From positions 685,942 to 749,941 of the forward strand of contig JBMOKY010000001.1 in NCBI GenBank assembly GCA_049325535.1: a stretch of DNA of 64,000 bases, written 5' to 3'. Origin of the DNA: Patescibacteria group bacterium (GTDB lineage: Bacteria; Patescibacteriota; Patescibacteriia; UBA10025; JAHIVO01). The translations under genes and the position numbers were made by a program. Positions within the stretch are counted from its first letter, which is position 1, and each line of letters opens with the position of its first letter. Under the pieces are notes generated by a model that saw only the letters and a program-made list of their open reading frames with translations, searched no databases and was not told the origin of the DNA. Shown here one piece after another: positions 40,002-50,283 of the stretch.

Positions 40002-42353
40002 CTATCGGCGCAGTGGCGCTTTGAACCGGTTGGCCATCATCGTAATTATTTTTTTCTCGATCTCATTGACATCCGCAGTATGTAGCGTGCGATCCAGCGC
40101 TTGGTATGTCAGGCGAAATGTGGCGTGGCGCGTATCCGCACCGGCCGGAAATAGATCGAGCGCTTCCACGGAGACAATCAGCGGACTCATGCGCTGCATC
40201 ACGGCACGCACCTCAAAAAATGAATCGCTCACCGGCATGACAAATGTCATATCCCGCACCACCGCCGGATAGTTTGATACCGGCTGGTAGCGGATAACTG
40301 AGGTGGCGTGGTGCGCTAATTTTTCGATGTCAATTTCGAACCAGACTGGCGGACGGCCTAATTTTTCCTCGTGCTGTATCAACCAGCCATACCATCCGAC
40401 CACCGCGTCACCCACGACGATATCTACCACTTGAGCATCTTCCGAATTCACGGCAAATGACACATGATCATCGGCTACCCCCAGTGCGCGTGCCATGGCA
40501 CGGATGACACCCTGTAATTCCCGGATTGGGCGCTGGTCCGCTTTTTTGGCCCGCTCATAGATGATGCCAGCGGCCATATGATGTTCGTCAGGCACCGATT
40601 TGGTGGTGCGGTAAAACACCCGACCCAATTCAAAAAGTGCCAGCCGCTCATACTGTTGATAACTATTGAGCACATTTACATAGAGACCCGGCACCAAGCT
40701 TACCCGCAGATATTCCTGCTCTTTGTTCATTGGGTTCATAATCCGGAAATGATCGGTAGCCTTCCAGCCAAATAGCGTAAATAAATTTTCTCCGTACAGC
40801 GAATAATTATACACCTCACTCATGCCGCAGGCTGCCAGTGTCTGGCGCAGCCGACGGCGCCAGCGATACGTCCAGGACAGCTCGGCCGGAGCCAGTGCCG
40901 CAGTAATCCCGCGAACCTTCAGTTTGTTCCAACCATACAGCCGGCCCACCTCTTCGGCCACGTCTGCCGGAATGCGTACATCCATCCGCCAGGCCGGGAC
41001 CGTCAGACGTACACGGTCAGCGTCCAATTTTTCGGTGCCAAAAGACAACCGCTGCAGCGAACGTATCACCGTCGCCATCGACAATTTCACCCCAATCAGT
41101 TCATTGAGCTGATTGACCGACACGATAAATTGCCGCGGCTGATGAAGGTTTTTCGGAGCTATCACGATACGACCGGCGCAGAGCGTACCTCCGGCTACCT
41201 CGCGGATCAGCTGAGCGGCCCGATCGATAGCCAATTCCGGCAGTTCCCACCAAATTCCCCGCTCAAACCGTTGTGATGCGTCAGTCGCCAAATTCAATGA
41301 CTGCCGGGTCTTTCGGATTGATGTGGGTTTAAAGATCGCCGATTCGAGAATAATGTCGGTAGTTTTTTCCGTGATGGCCGTAGCAGCGCCGCCCATCACT
41401 CCGGCAATGGCGATCGGAACTTTTGCATCGCATATCATCAGCATGTCCGCTGCCAGCTGGCGCTCTACCCCATCCAGGGTGGTAAATGCCTGCTTGCGCC
41501 CCACTTTTTTCACTACCAGAGTCCCGCCCTGAACGCGTTTCGCATCAAAGGCGTGGAGCGGCTGGCCATACTCCAGCAGAACATAATTGGTGATGTCAAC
41601 GATGGAATTAATTGGCGTATGCCCAGCAGCGCGCAGTCGCGCCTGGAGCCAGGCGGGCGACGAACCTATCTTCACCCCGCGGATCACGCGACAGGTGTAT
41701 TTCGGACAGAGCGCCGGATCAGCCACGCGCACCTTGACATACCGTCCGACTGGATATTGTGCATCTTCGGACACAATCAGTTTCTGCTCCTTAAACGACT
41801 GATTGGTAAGCGCTGCGTATTCCCGGGCCAATCCGACAAGTGACTGGGCATCGGCACGTTGGGGCGAGACGGTCACGTCGAGCACCACGTCATTGAGGCC
41901 AAGCGCTACGGTCACCTTCTGCCCGACTTTTGCTTTTCGATCGAGTATCAATATGCCACTATGATCGTCCCCCAGTCCCATCTCATCTTCAGCGCACAGC
42001 ATGCCGGCAGACTCTATGCCCCTAATCTTCCGCCGTTCGATAGTCATACCATTGGGGAGTGTCGTGCCGGGCAGCGCCACGGGTACTTTGTCCCCTGGTT
42101 TTATATTTTTTGCGCCGCATACGATGGTTTGTCTCTGACGTTTGCCGATGTCCACCGTGCAGACGCACAGGCGGTCAGCCTCGGCATGATCCACGATCGT
42201 CTTTATCTCGCCGACCAGCAGCGACTCCAGGCCGACACCCAATTTCTTGATCGTCTCTACTTCAAAACCGCCCAGCGTAAGCGTCTCAGCCACGCGTTCT
42301 GGGGTATGCGTGATGGGGACGAATTGTTTCAGCCATGTCATCGGAATCAACAT
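40002..42353 (-). CDS. pheT: phenylalanine-tRNA ligase beta subunit
   Basis: MLIPMTWLKQFV N-terminus, B3/B4, tRNA-binding and FDX-ACB domains. It is adjacent to pheS. Confidence 0.9.
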   Translation of the reverse strand: MLIPMTWLKQFVPITHTPERVAETLTLGGFEVETIKKLGVGLESLLVGEIKTIVDHAEADRLCVCTVDIGKRQRQTIVCGAKNIKPGDKVPVALPGTTLPNGMTIERRKIRGIESAGMLCAEDEMGLGDDHSGILILDRKAKVGQKVTVALGLNDVVLDVTVSPQRADAQSLVGLAREYAALTNQSFKEQKLIVSEDAQYPVGRYVKVRVADPALCPKYTCRVIRGVKIGSSPAWLQARLRAAGHTPINSIVDITNYVLLEYGQPLHAFDAKRVQGGTLVVKKVGRKQAFTTLDGVERQLAADMLMICDAKVPIAIAGVMGGAATAITEKTTDIILESAIFKPTSIRKTRQSLNLATDASQRFERGIWWELPELAIDRAAQLIREVAGGTLCAGRIVIAPKNLHQPRQFIVSVNQLNELIGVKLSMATVIRSLQRLSFGTEKLDADRVRLTVPAWRMDVRIPADVAEEVGRLYGWNKLKVRGITAALAPAELSWTYRWRRRLRQTLAACGMSEVYNYSLYGENLFTLFGWKATDHFRIMNPMNKEQEYLRVSLVPGLYVNVLNSYQQYERLALFELGRVFYRTTKSVPDEHHMAAGIIYERAKKADQRPIRELQGVIRAMARALGVADDHVSFAVNSEDAQVVDIVVGDAVVGWYGWLIQHEEKLGRPPVWFEIDIEKLAHHATSVIRYQPVSNYPAVVRDMTFVMPVSDSFFEVRAVMQRMSPLIVSVEALDLFPAGADTRHATFRLTYQALDRTLHTADVNEIEKKIITMMANRFKAPLRR

Positions 42354-42355
42354 AC

Positions 42356-43363
42356 CTAAAATTGTGATAAAAATCGAAGATCACCGCTATACGACAGACG
42401 GATGTCATTGACCCCGTGCCTGAGCATCATCAGCCGATCCACGCCTAAGCCAAATGCAAATCCTGAATACTTCGCGGGGTCGATCCGCATGTTTTTCAAT
42501 ACCTGGGGATGAACCATACCGCTGCCCAGCATCTCCAGCCACCCGCGCTGTTTGCACACCGAGCAGCCGCTCCCACCGCAAATCAAGCACTGCATATCAA
42601 TATCCAAACCCGGCTCGACAAACGGATAAAATTCCGGACGCACCCGGATGTGTACCGAGCTACCAAAGAGCGCCCGCAATAACTGCTGCAGCGTGCCAAT
42701 CAAATTGGATACGGAAATATGTCGATCAATGACCAGTCCTTCACACTGATAAAAGGTAGTTTCGTGCCCGGCATCAGTCGCCTCATGGCGGAACACTCTT
42801 CCCGGCGCGATCAAGCGGATCGGCGGTTTGCGATGCTGCATCGCCCTGAGCTGTACCGGCGACGTGTGCGTACGCAAGAGCAATCCACCCTCAACATAAA
42901 AAGTATCCCAGGCATCGCGGGCCGGATGGTTTTTCGGAATATTGAGTAAATCAAAATTATATTCTGGCGTCTCCACCTCCGGCCCTTCCACTACCGCAAA
43001 TCCCATGCTGACAAATATGTCCTCCAGCTCATCCAGGAATTGGGTAATCGGATGCAAGTGGCCGATCGGATGCATATGACCGGGCCAGGTCAGGTCGATG
43101 ACCGGCGCATGGCGCGACTCACGGCCGATTTTTTCCCGGGCACGACCGATAGCCTGGCTGATTTCATCTTTCACCTGATTGGCCAGCTGCCCGACTGCCG
43201 CACGTTCGGTTTTTGGCACCTGTCCAATCGTCCGCAGGGCAGTACTGAGCGCGCCCTTCCGGCCGAGAAATTCCGTCTCCACAACATCTATCTCCGCCGT
43301 CGTACGGACGCGGGCGATGGCGGTCAGGGCTTCGGATTTGATATGAAGTAATGTTTCACGCAT
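42356..43363 (-). CDS. pheS: phenylalanine-tRNA ligase alpha subunit
   Basis: FDLLNIPKNHPARD and class-II motifs 2 and 3 (FRHEATDAGHETTFYQCEG). Confidence 0.9.
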   Translation of the reverse strand: MRETLLHIKSEALTAIARVRTTAEIDVVETEFLGRKGALSTALRTIGQVPKTERAAVGQLANQVKDEISQAIGRAREKIGRESRHAPVIDLTWPGHMHPIGHLHPITQFLDELEDIFVSMGFAVVEGPEVETPEYNFDLLNIPKNHPARDAWDTFYVEGGLLLRTHTSPVQLRAMQHRKPPIRLIAPGRVFRHEATDAGHETTFYQCEGLVIDRHISVSNLIGTLQQLLRALFGSSVHIRVRPEFYPFVEPGLDIDMQCLICGGSGCSVCKQRGWLEMLGSGMVHPQVLKNMRIDPAKYSGFAFGLGVDRLMMLRHGVNDIRLSYSGDLRFLSQF

Positions 43364-43366
43364 ATA

Positions 43367-43750
43367 TCAATGGCGGATGGCCGTCCGGGATATGAAGAAA
43401 AATTCAAGCAACGTCATGAACATAACCAGTAACACTATCGTCCACCAGCGCAGTACATCCGCTCCCAACAGGACCAGCGCGCCAACTAAGAGGATGGCAA
43501 AGAAAAACGACTGGCGGGTAGCAACCCCGAGATGCCGAAAAATGACTTGTTCCTTCGTAAACCAGACACGGACAAAAAAACCAAATAAGGAAAACGTGCC
43601 AACCAGCGCAAAAAAAAGGCTGAGATAAAACAAAGCAAACCCCACCACGCCGGCCTCGTCAGGATTGATGAAAAAAAACACGAAAAGCCATGCGGTCCAG
43701 GAAACCAGCGTAGCCGAAGTCATGATGATGAGATACTTTTTGAGGGACAT
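43367..43750 (-). CDS. small polytopic membrane protein (hypothetical)
   Basis: Four predicted TM helices. Its stop lies 3 nt before the pheS start. Confidence 0.5.
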   Translation of the reverse strand: MSLKKYLIIMTSATLVSWTAWLFVFFFINPDEAGVVGFALFYLSLFFALVGTFSLFGFFVRVWFTKEQVIFRHLGVATRQSFFFAILLVGALVLLGADVLRWWTIVLLVMFMTLLEFFFISRTAIRH

Positions 43751-43868
43751 GCGCGGGGCTCAAATGATAAAAAAATAACCGGTCAAACCTATCGAAATTG
43801 TACCAAAAAAAGCCGGCCCTGACAAGGGCGTGGCAGTCGATATTACTAGGCTAATATTAGCCAAAATA

Positions 43869-44159
43869 TTACAGCATAATATGCAAACGATTCACCGCCT
43901 TATATCCGTATTTTTTTTGCATAAATTCTACTGCCTCACGCTCATGAAATTTCATCTCCTGGGCCACGGCCGGGTTCAATGCTGCCACCGTGAGAATGCC
44001 GTTTTTTACGAATTTAGCCCGCACCTCATCCTTGATCCGAGGGTAGCGCTGCGCTAGCCAGCGGTCAAATTCCTGGCACATCATGGCAGCCGATACCTGT
44101 CGGCCGATGCCGGCTTGATTGATGCTGCGCTGTAATATGTCTCCCAGTTTTGTCGCCAT
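43869..44159 (-). CDS. DUF721/DciA-like small protein
   Basis: ...GRQVSAAMMCQEFDRWLAQ...NGILTVAALNPAVAQEMKFHEREAVEF... resembles DUF721. That family is often found near gyrB. This is a weak assignment. Confidence 0.35.
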   Translation of the reverse strand: MATKLGDILQRSINQAGIGRQVSAAMMCQEFDRWLAQRYPRIKDEVRAKFVKNGILTVAALNPAVAQEMKFHEREAVEFMQKKYGYKAVNRLHIML

Positions 44160-44315
44160 AGTTTTGAAATAACCTCATCCCGAACTTGTCTTCGACTATG
44201 AGGGATGAGCCATCAGGCTCAGACTCGATGAGTTTCGGGATCTCGAGGAGATGCTGAAATAAATTCAGCATGAGGACGGTTATTCACTCCATCCACTAAT
44301 CTTCAAAAATTTCTA

Positions 44316-44657
44316 TTAAGTGTATATGTTCTGATTGGGCATATCCGTGTCTCGTGCGATCATCCCAACGACAAATGCCACTGCCACGAGTGTGATAAAC
44401 GATATGATGAGTATGGCAGTGCGCCGACGAATCCCTGCCACATGTAGGTCCGGTATACGATTGATGATGATCCATGCCGGGATTGCCAGAATGGATAATG
44501 GGCCAATCCAATCAGGAATGTCTCCTTCCCAAATTATGTTGGTAAGTAACGGAACGAGAAACAAACTAATAACCACAGGCCATTTCCATTTTGGCGGCTG
44601 ATTTTGTCGGTTCGTATTTGTCGGGGACGGTTGTATGGTTTGATTCATACGTATCAA
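44316..44657 (-). CDS. small membrane protein (hypothetical)
   Basis: Pro/Asn/Gln-rich N-terminus and two or three TM helices. Confidence 0.35.
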   Translation of the reverse strand: MIRMNQTIQPSPTNTNRQNQPPKWKWPVVISLFLVPLLTNIIWEGDIPDWIGPLSILAIPAWIIINRIPDLHVAGIRRRTAILIISFITLVAVAFVVGMIARDTDMPNQNIYT

Positions 44658-44711
44658 TAATTTGCTGATGAATTAATGGTAATCTAAAAAAGATTCACCG
44701 TTCGTTTTACC

Positions 44712-47700
44712 TCACCCTATCCATCTTTCCTCACAAATATCGCGGAAGTCGCATTGGGCGCACCAGAACCCCGGATTGGCGCTAAAATCGCTCTGGTGGA
44801 TCTGTATGATCCGCTCCTGCAAACTGGTGCGTAATTTTTCCAAATCCGCCATGTCCGGACTGAATGACAGCTTGGTGTTGTTTTCTAAATAATAGTACGA
44901 CAGGGTGACGGGCCGCAAGCCAAATACCTCGCGGGCGGCTAAATCGTAAATCATCAATTGTTCTTTATCATCTGGGGTGAGTTTATTACCTTTGGGGATG
45001 CGGCCGGTTTTATAATCCACGATCTCCACTGTCTTCGAGTCAGTACCCACGGGGTCGATCCGGTCAATCACGCCTTTGAAGGTGCACCCCCCTAACTTCA
45101 GATTGAACGGCTGCTCGAGATTCACCGGCACGGGAAAATTTGGCTGTTGCGCCTCAAAAAATTCGTGGAGTGACGTCTTGCCTTTGGCATAATACTCTTC
45201 CCGATGCTCTTTGGATAGATACCAATCATCGATCCACTCCCGGTCGTATAACTGCATCAATTCCTCCTCGCTGACGATGGCATCTTTTTTCTTAGCTGGT
45301 TTGCCAAATAAATCTACCTGCACTACTGCACTGCGCTCCTGGATTAGTTTGAAGAAATGGAATAGCGTATTGTGCATGGATTTACCGAAGCTAAAGGTAT
45401 GGCGACCCTCCACCGGCACTTTCAGAATATGAGCGTATTTATACTGCTTGGCGCAGGTGGCAAATGCCTTCAACTGGGTGTAGCTGGCTTTCTCAGGTAT
45501 CGATTGCTGCAGATAGGAAATTTCCGGTTTGCCTTTGAGTGGCTCTGGCGCTGGCGTTAGCCGCTCTACCACATCAAATTCTTCAGTCGATTCTGTGCGC
45601 TCAAACCCGAGCTCAGTCAAAAAGCGCGATAATTTTTTCTTCCGGGTGCCGCCGTAATCATCAGCTGATGTGAAAAAGAGACCATCCCGCGCCCGGGTCA
45701 TACCCACGTAAAATAGCCGCCGCTCTTCCTGCAGGTGAATGTCGCCTTCGGGAATGATTTCCTTGATCAAATCATCGGGCAATTCAATAGGATCTTTTCG
45801 CTCGATCGAGGGGAATCGCTTATCCACCAAACTCACAATAAAGACATACGGGAATTCGAGACCCTTGGCGCCGTGGACCGTCATGATTTTCACTGCGTCC
45901 GGTCCCTCTTCCCATGGCTGATGCATGGCACCGCTGTCCCCTGACTCTTGCTCTTCATCAAATTCCTCGAGGAAATGCCGCACAGAATTATCATCATTCT
46001 TATTTTCAAAATCTTCAATCTTGCGGAAAAACTGATTCAGATGAATCACTTGTTCAATATGTTCATCGCCTTTCACTTCAGTAATGTGCTTTAAATATCC
46101 TGAGTCTTTCATAAAGCGCAGTGCCACCGTCAAAACGCCTTTCACGCGCGCTAATTCAGTATGCGCCTCGATCATTTTTAATATTTTTTCGAGCGCCTGA
46201 TGCATCTCTTTGGATATGCCGGCGATCAGACGTGACTGCGCGGCGGCTTCATACAGTGACAGGCGTTTTTTGTACGCGTGCTGGGATAGTGCCATCAGGT
46301 CTTTGATGGGTAGTTTCCAATGGGAAAAATTCAGTACCCGCCACAGGGCGGCTGATTCATGGTAGCTGTCCAATAGTTTCAAATACGCCACCATATCCAT
46401 AATCTCCGGCTGGCTGTACAATCCGCGCGACGCCAAAAACTGGTGTGGTACCTGCAGGCGGTTGGCGGCAGTCATGAATTCATTGGCATAGCTATTGGCG
46501 CGGATAAGAATGGCAAAGTCGCTCCACTTCAACTGAGGTTGTTCATTTTTTAATTCGATAATCCGTTTCATCACCCCGGCAGCTTCCTCCAGATGCGAGT
46601 GGAAATGCAAATGCTGGATGCTCCCCTCGCCCTCACGGGTAGATTTCAATTTTTTACTGATTTTGGTTTTCAGTGGTGCGCCTTTGGGATCGATGTTACC
46701 TTTTGACAATTGGTACTCCAGGCGGTTTGGATCGTTCCGTTTGATAAACCGGTATGACAAATCTAAAATGTTTTGCCGAGTGCGGTAGTTTTCCGTCAGC
46801 ACCACTTCTTTCGATTCGGGAAAATCTTTTTTAAATTCTAAAATATTTGAAATGGCCGCACCACGAAATTTATAAATTGATTGATCGTCATCCCCCACGA
46901 CCGTTACATTATTCTTTGGCTGTGCCAGCATTTTTACTAATTCGTATTGGGCGTAGTTCGTGTCTTGAAATTCATCTACCAAAAGGTACTGGAACTGCTT
47001 GCGATACCGCTCTAATATTTTCGGTCGAGTTTTGAATAACTTGATGGTATATAAAATTAAATCACCAAAATCGAGCGCGCCTTGCTCGAGCAACAACTGC
47101 TGGTAGATATGATAGGCATTCGCCACCTCTTTGATGCGCTGCTCCTCGCTGATTTCCTCTTCTTCATCCACCCGCTTCTTCTTGGTATTTTCAGCGTCAT
47201 CGCGATCCATTTGCAGTGTCTTGGCATACGCTAAATAATCCTCGGGCAATACATTTTCATCTTTAGCCCTACTGAAATGCTTAACCAGTGCCTGGACGAA
47301 TTTCGTGGGGTTGCCTAACGGACGATAATAATTCAGATCAAACCGATCCAGATTCCGGCGCACCAGCATCACTTGGTCAGTCTCATTGAGTAATTTGAAA
47401 TCCGGCGGTAAACCAATCTCGATGGCGCTATCCTTCAAAATCCGCTCGCAAAATGAATGAAATGTAGAAATCCACAAATCAACATAGCCATAGGGTAGCA
47501 ACACATCTACCCGTTCTTCCATCTCCCCGGCGGCTTTCTCGGTGAAGGTGAGAGCCAAAATATTGTCCGTGGGTACTTTCTTTTCCAGCACGAGCCAGGC
47601 GATACGCTGGGTGACCACGGTGGTCTTGCCGGTACCCGCGCCGGCCACGATCAAGAGCGGCCCGTCGGTATGCGTGACGGCTTTCCTTTGTGCCGAATTC

Positions 47701-47720
47701 AAATTATCGAAGATGTTCAT
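44712..47720 (-). CDS. UvrD/PcrA-family SF1 helicase fused to a C-terminal RecB-family (Cas4/AddB-like) nuclease with Cys cluster
   Basis: N-terminal Walker A GAGTGKT in the PcrA/UvrD Q-motif context, helicase motifs throughout, and a C-terminal PD-(D/E)xK-like region with CAKQY...C.QCDFRDIC. 1002 aa. Confidence 0.85.
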   Translation of the reverse strand: MNIFDNLNSAQRKAVTHTDGPLLIVAGAGTGKTTVVTQRIAWLVLEKKVPTDNILALTFTEKAAGEMEERVDVLLPYGYVDLWISTFHSFCERILKDSAIEIGLPPDFKLLNETDQVMLVRRNLDRFDLNYYRPLGNPTKFVQALVKHFSRAKDENVLPEDYLAYAKTLQMDRDDAENTKKKRVDEEEEISEEQRIKEVANAYHIYQQLLLEQGALDFGDLILYTIKLFKTRPKILERYRKQFQYLLVDEFQDTNYAQYELVKMLAQPKNNVTVVGDDDQSIYKFRGAAISNILEFKKDFPESKEVVLTENYRTRQNILDLSYRFIKRNDPNRLEYQLSKGNIDPKGAPLKTKISKKLKSTREGEGSIQHLHFHSHLEEAAGVMKRIIELKNEQPQLKWSDFAILIRANSYANEFMTAANRLQVPHQFLASRGLYSQPEIMDMVAYLKLLDSYHESAALWRVLNFSHWKLPIKDLMALSQHAYKKRLSLYEAAAQSRLIAGISKEMHQALEKILKMIEAHTELARVKGVLTVALRFMKDSGYLKHITEVKGDEHIEQVIHLNQFFRKIEDFENKNDDNSVRHFLEEFDEEQESGDSGAMHQPWEEGPDAVKIMTVHGAKGLEFPYVFIVSLVDKRFPSIERKDPIELPDDLIKEIIPEGDIHLQEERRLFYVGMTRARDGLFFTSADDYGGTRKKKLSRFLTELGFERTESTEEFDVVERLTPAPEPLKGKPEISYLQQSIPEKASYTQLKAFATCAKQYKYAHILKVPVEGRHTFSFGKSMHNTLFHFFKLIQERSAVVQVDLFGKPAKKKDAIVSEEELMQLYDREWIDDWYLSKEHREEYYAKGKTSLHEFFEAQQPNFPVPVNLEQPFNLKLGGCTFKGVIDRIDPVGTDSKTVEIVDYKTGRIPKGNKLTPDDKEQLMIYDLAAREVFGLRPVTLSYYYLENNTKLSFSPDMADLEKLRTSLQERIIQIHQSDFSANPGFWCAQCDFRDICEERWIG

Positions 47721-47854
47721 AGGGGTATTTTAGCATACCTGCCCTCACGAACAATACGCCTTGACAAATACGGTATTGATTGATACGCTGTGTCGATATT
47801 GTGCACAGTGCGCAATATGTTTTTTCACACACAACGTCATACAGGAGGTACAGT

Positions 47855-48784
47855 ATGTGTTTACTCTGCGGCGACCCTGACTGCCCTAACACGGGTGCGG
47901 AAATTGAGACACTGCTCGCGGCACTGACGGGAATGCCCGCCAGTGTCACCGGTGTGATGACGGACTCTACTGTCATCAGTGTCGACAAGGATGGCACCCT
48001 GCGCAGGTACCGCGACGGGTACGACACCAAATACATACCGCTCACTGACATCAGTGGGCTCCCCGATTCCGTGGCCACCGCCTTCGACAAATTCCACCGT
48101 CTCTGGAGGTCGATCCGGGATACCACCGACATGGCTGACTATCTCCGCGAGGAGGCTCCGCAGCTGAAGCGGGCGGCCCGGAAGCGGAAAGTGATGCTGA
48201 GATTCTCCATCTCAGACATCCTGCCGCCGAGCCATGCCGAGTTTTACGGCGACCACCGCTTGCGGCTCCAGAAAGGCGCCGGAGAAGAAGTTATCCACGT
48301 CATCGTCCCGGGTAAAGACAATGCCGGCTGCGCACTCGACTTCACTCAGGCAGAGCCGCTGCTCCGCGAGCAGGATGAGATCGATTTCATGCTTCAGCAG
48401 GCCGAGGGTATGGAAGCCTACGCCACGGACCTGCAGCGTCGGGCGGACACGCAGCCGGATCTGCTGAAGGTCATGGGCGATGAGGTACACGCCGAGTTCC
48501 ATGCCTCCGTACTCCCGGTGCTCCAGAAGGATGGCGACCTGATCTCGACCGAATTCGGGTTCAAACCGGATGGCACGGTCATCATCATCGCCGATTACCA
48601 CATCCAGGAAGAAGGAGCCGAACTCCCCGAGGCTGAACGGAATCTCATCGGAGCGATGATCAATCTCGACATCGCCCGCGGCGCCAAGCCGTCGATTTTC
48701 AGCCGGATCAAGCAGATCCTCGGATTCGACGACAAACAGAAAATCGCCGAATCCGTCGGCTCGACCGAAGGCGCCTCCGCCTGA
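47855..48784 (+). CDS. hypothetical protein (309 aa), GC-rich relative to its neighbours
   Basis: Strong SD (CAGGAGG) 7 nt before the ATG. N-terminal CLLCGDPDC. A terminator lies downstream. The antisense ORF 48212..48823 was rejected. Confidence 0.55.
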   Translation: MCLLCGDPDCPNTGAEIETLLAALTGMPASVTGVMTDSTVISVDKDGTLRRYRDGYDTKYIPLTDISGLPDSVATAFDKFHRLWRSIRDTTDMADYLREEAPQLKRAARKRKVMLRFSISDILPPSHAEFYGDHRLRLQKGAGEEVIHVIVPGKDNAGCALDFTQAEPLLREQDEIDFMLQQAEGMEAYATDLQRRADTQPDLLKVMGDEVHAEFHASVLPVLQKDGDLISTEFGFKPDGTVIIIADYHIQEEGAELPEAERNLIGAMINLDIARGAKPSIFSRIKQILGFDDKQKIAESVGSTEGASA

Positions 48785-48831
48785 TTTCCCCACCGCTCTT
48801 TCATCAAATCTACCCCCGCTCATACCGGTAC

Positions 48832-48862
48832 AGTCTCCCCGATTGTTCCGGTATTTTTTTTA
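48832..48862 (+). terminator. intrinsic terminator
   Basis: AUACCGG-N19-CCGGUAU stem followed by U8. Confidence 0.55.
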
Positions 48863-48898
48863 TGTCATGGTATTTATAAATTTTTTAACGGCTGCCTA

Positions 48899-48927
48899 TT
48901 GACGGTCAGCGGCCCAGCAGATATACT
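48899..48927 (+). promoter_or_regulatory. sigma-70-type promoter TTGACG-N17-TATACT
   Basis: It has the same architecture as the promoters at 29397 and 30419. It is followed by the SD AAGGAG and the ATG at 48971. Confidence 0.55.
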
Positions 48928-48970
48928 AGGAGACTTTTTAAAAAAACGCACTTTGAAAGGAGAACATAAC

Positions 48971-49813
48971 ATGCGTTCCCATTCACCCAGTCTGGAGCGC
49001 TATCTCGAAACAATCGCCACTATCCCGATCTTGTCAAAAACCGAGGAGGAAACGCTCGTTCGGCAGCGGCTGCTTGGCGATACGCTGGCAGAGGAGCGAT
49101 TGGTGCGGGCAAACCTGCGATTCGTTGCTTTTATTGCCCGATCATTCGATTGGTCTGATGTACCGCTCGAAGATCTGATCAATGCTGGAAACATGGGTCT
49201 GGTCGTCGGTATCCGCAAATACGAGCTGGGACACGGCGCACGACTACTGTCATATGTGGTATGGTGGATTCTTCGCTACATCCGTGAAGAAATCGCCATG
49301 CTGCAGCATATTATCCCGAAACCAGCAGATTACCATCGTGAACTTAACATCATCCGCCGGACGCTGGAGAAATCTATAGCCGAACAATCCGGCAAACCGC
49401 TCACTCCGGAACAGCTGACGGAACTGGGCATCAGCGAATCCCAGCTCAATCAAGCGTACGAACCGATGTCGCATGCGTCGCTCGATGCGCCTCGTCACGG
49501 ACTTAATGAAACTACCCTCCTGGAATCGCTATCAGATGCCAGTAATCCAGATCCACATGCGCCCCTCGAACAGGAGCATCATCAGCGGATTCTCATTACG
49601 CTGATGGCCGATTTGACCGAGGAGGAATCGGCAGTCGTCAAGCTCGCCAAGGGTCTGATCGATGGCACCTGTCATCATCCGAAGGAAATGAGCGACATGC
49701 TCGGCCTGTCAGTGACCGTCGTCAACGCCCGGCTATCCGTGGCAATGCGAAAAATGAACCTGCGCGCCCGAGCGCTCAAGGACCAAGAAGGAGGGACGCC
49801 GTTCTCTGCCTGA
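48971..49813 (+). CDS. RNA polymerase sigma factor, sigma-70 family
   Basis: Region 2 (LVRANLRFVAFIARSF..., DLINAGNMGLVVGIRKYE) and a region-4 HTH at the C-terminus. About 280 aa, so it is not the primary RpoD. Confidence 0.7.
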   Translation: MRSHSPSLERYLETIATIPILSKTEEETLVRQRLLGDTLAEERLVRANLRFVAFIARSFDWSDVPLEDLINAGNMGLVVGIRKYELGHGARLLSYVVWWILRYIREEIAMLQHIIPKPADYHRELNIIRRTLEKSIAEQSGKPLTPEQLTELGISESQLNQAYEPMSHASLDAPRHGLNETTLLESLSDASNPDPHAPLEQEHHQRILITLMADLTEEESAVVKLAKGLIDGTCHHPKEMSDMLGLSVTVVNARLSVAMRKMNLRARALKDQEGGTPFSA

Positions 49814-49939
49814 CAGCCGTCAAACTATTGGCGGCTTTTTTTATTTTTAAATCCCGGTGGGTAAAAAAATACCCGCCAGCAACAATTGGAATTGAACTGG
49901 CGGGATGGAGTTTGACAAAAGGACTACGCTTCCCTCACT

Positions 49940-50283
49940 GGTCTCGCGAATCGGCTCGCCATACCCGAGATCCGATCGCCGGTTCATACTCTGTGTAGGC
50001 CCATCCTCACTGCTACGAGCGCCGGTAGTAGTCCTGATACCGCCGTGACAACAATAACTCCAGAAAATGTTTCCCGTAGATTCATCCGAATCCTGCCCGT
50101 AATTGGGTGTGCTACTCAGTGAACATAACCGACCAGCAGGGAGAGTGTATACCGAGTATATTGCCTCGTCAAGCGCGCGCACTAACCCATTGGGCAGCGT
50201 TTACACCAAACACCAGGCGATGGCTCCCAAACCGCAATAGCCCTGCGATCTATCGTTCCGCCTGAGCAACCCCGATCGCTACT
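49940..50283 (-). ncRNA. rnpB: candidate RNase P RNA (rnpB), reduced bacterial type
   Basis: The minus strand contains GGGCAGG, GGGAAAC and a 3' block CAGUGAGGAUGGGCCUACACAGAGUAUGAACCGGCGAUCGG. In E. coli M1 RNA the equivalent block is CAGUGAGCGAUUGCUGGCCUAGAUG...ACAGAACCCGGCUUAUCGG. A P4-like pairing AUCGCC-U-GG / CCGGCGAU carries the characteristic bulged U. The 465-nt gap has no credible ORF. The 5' and 3' boundaries and the internal helices are not resolved. Confidence 0.42.

Noticed and set aside
49814-50278. SRP RNA (4.5S) or 6S RNA in the 465-nt gap
   Set aside because: No GGAAGCAGC domain-IV motif and no 6S-like central bubble were evident. The RNase P blocks explain the region better.
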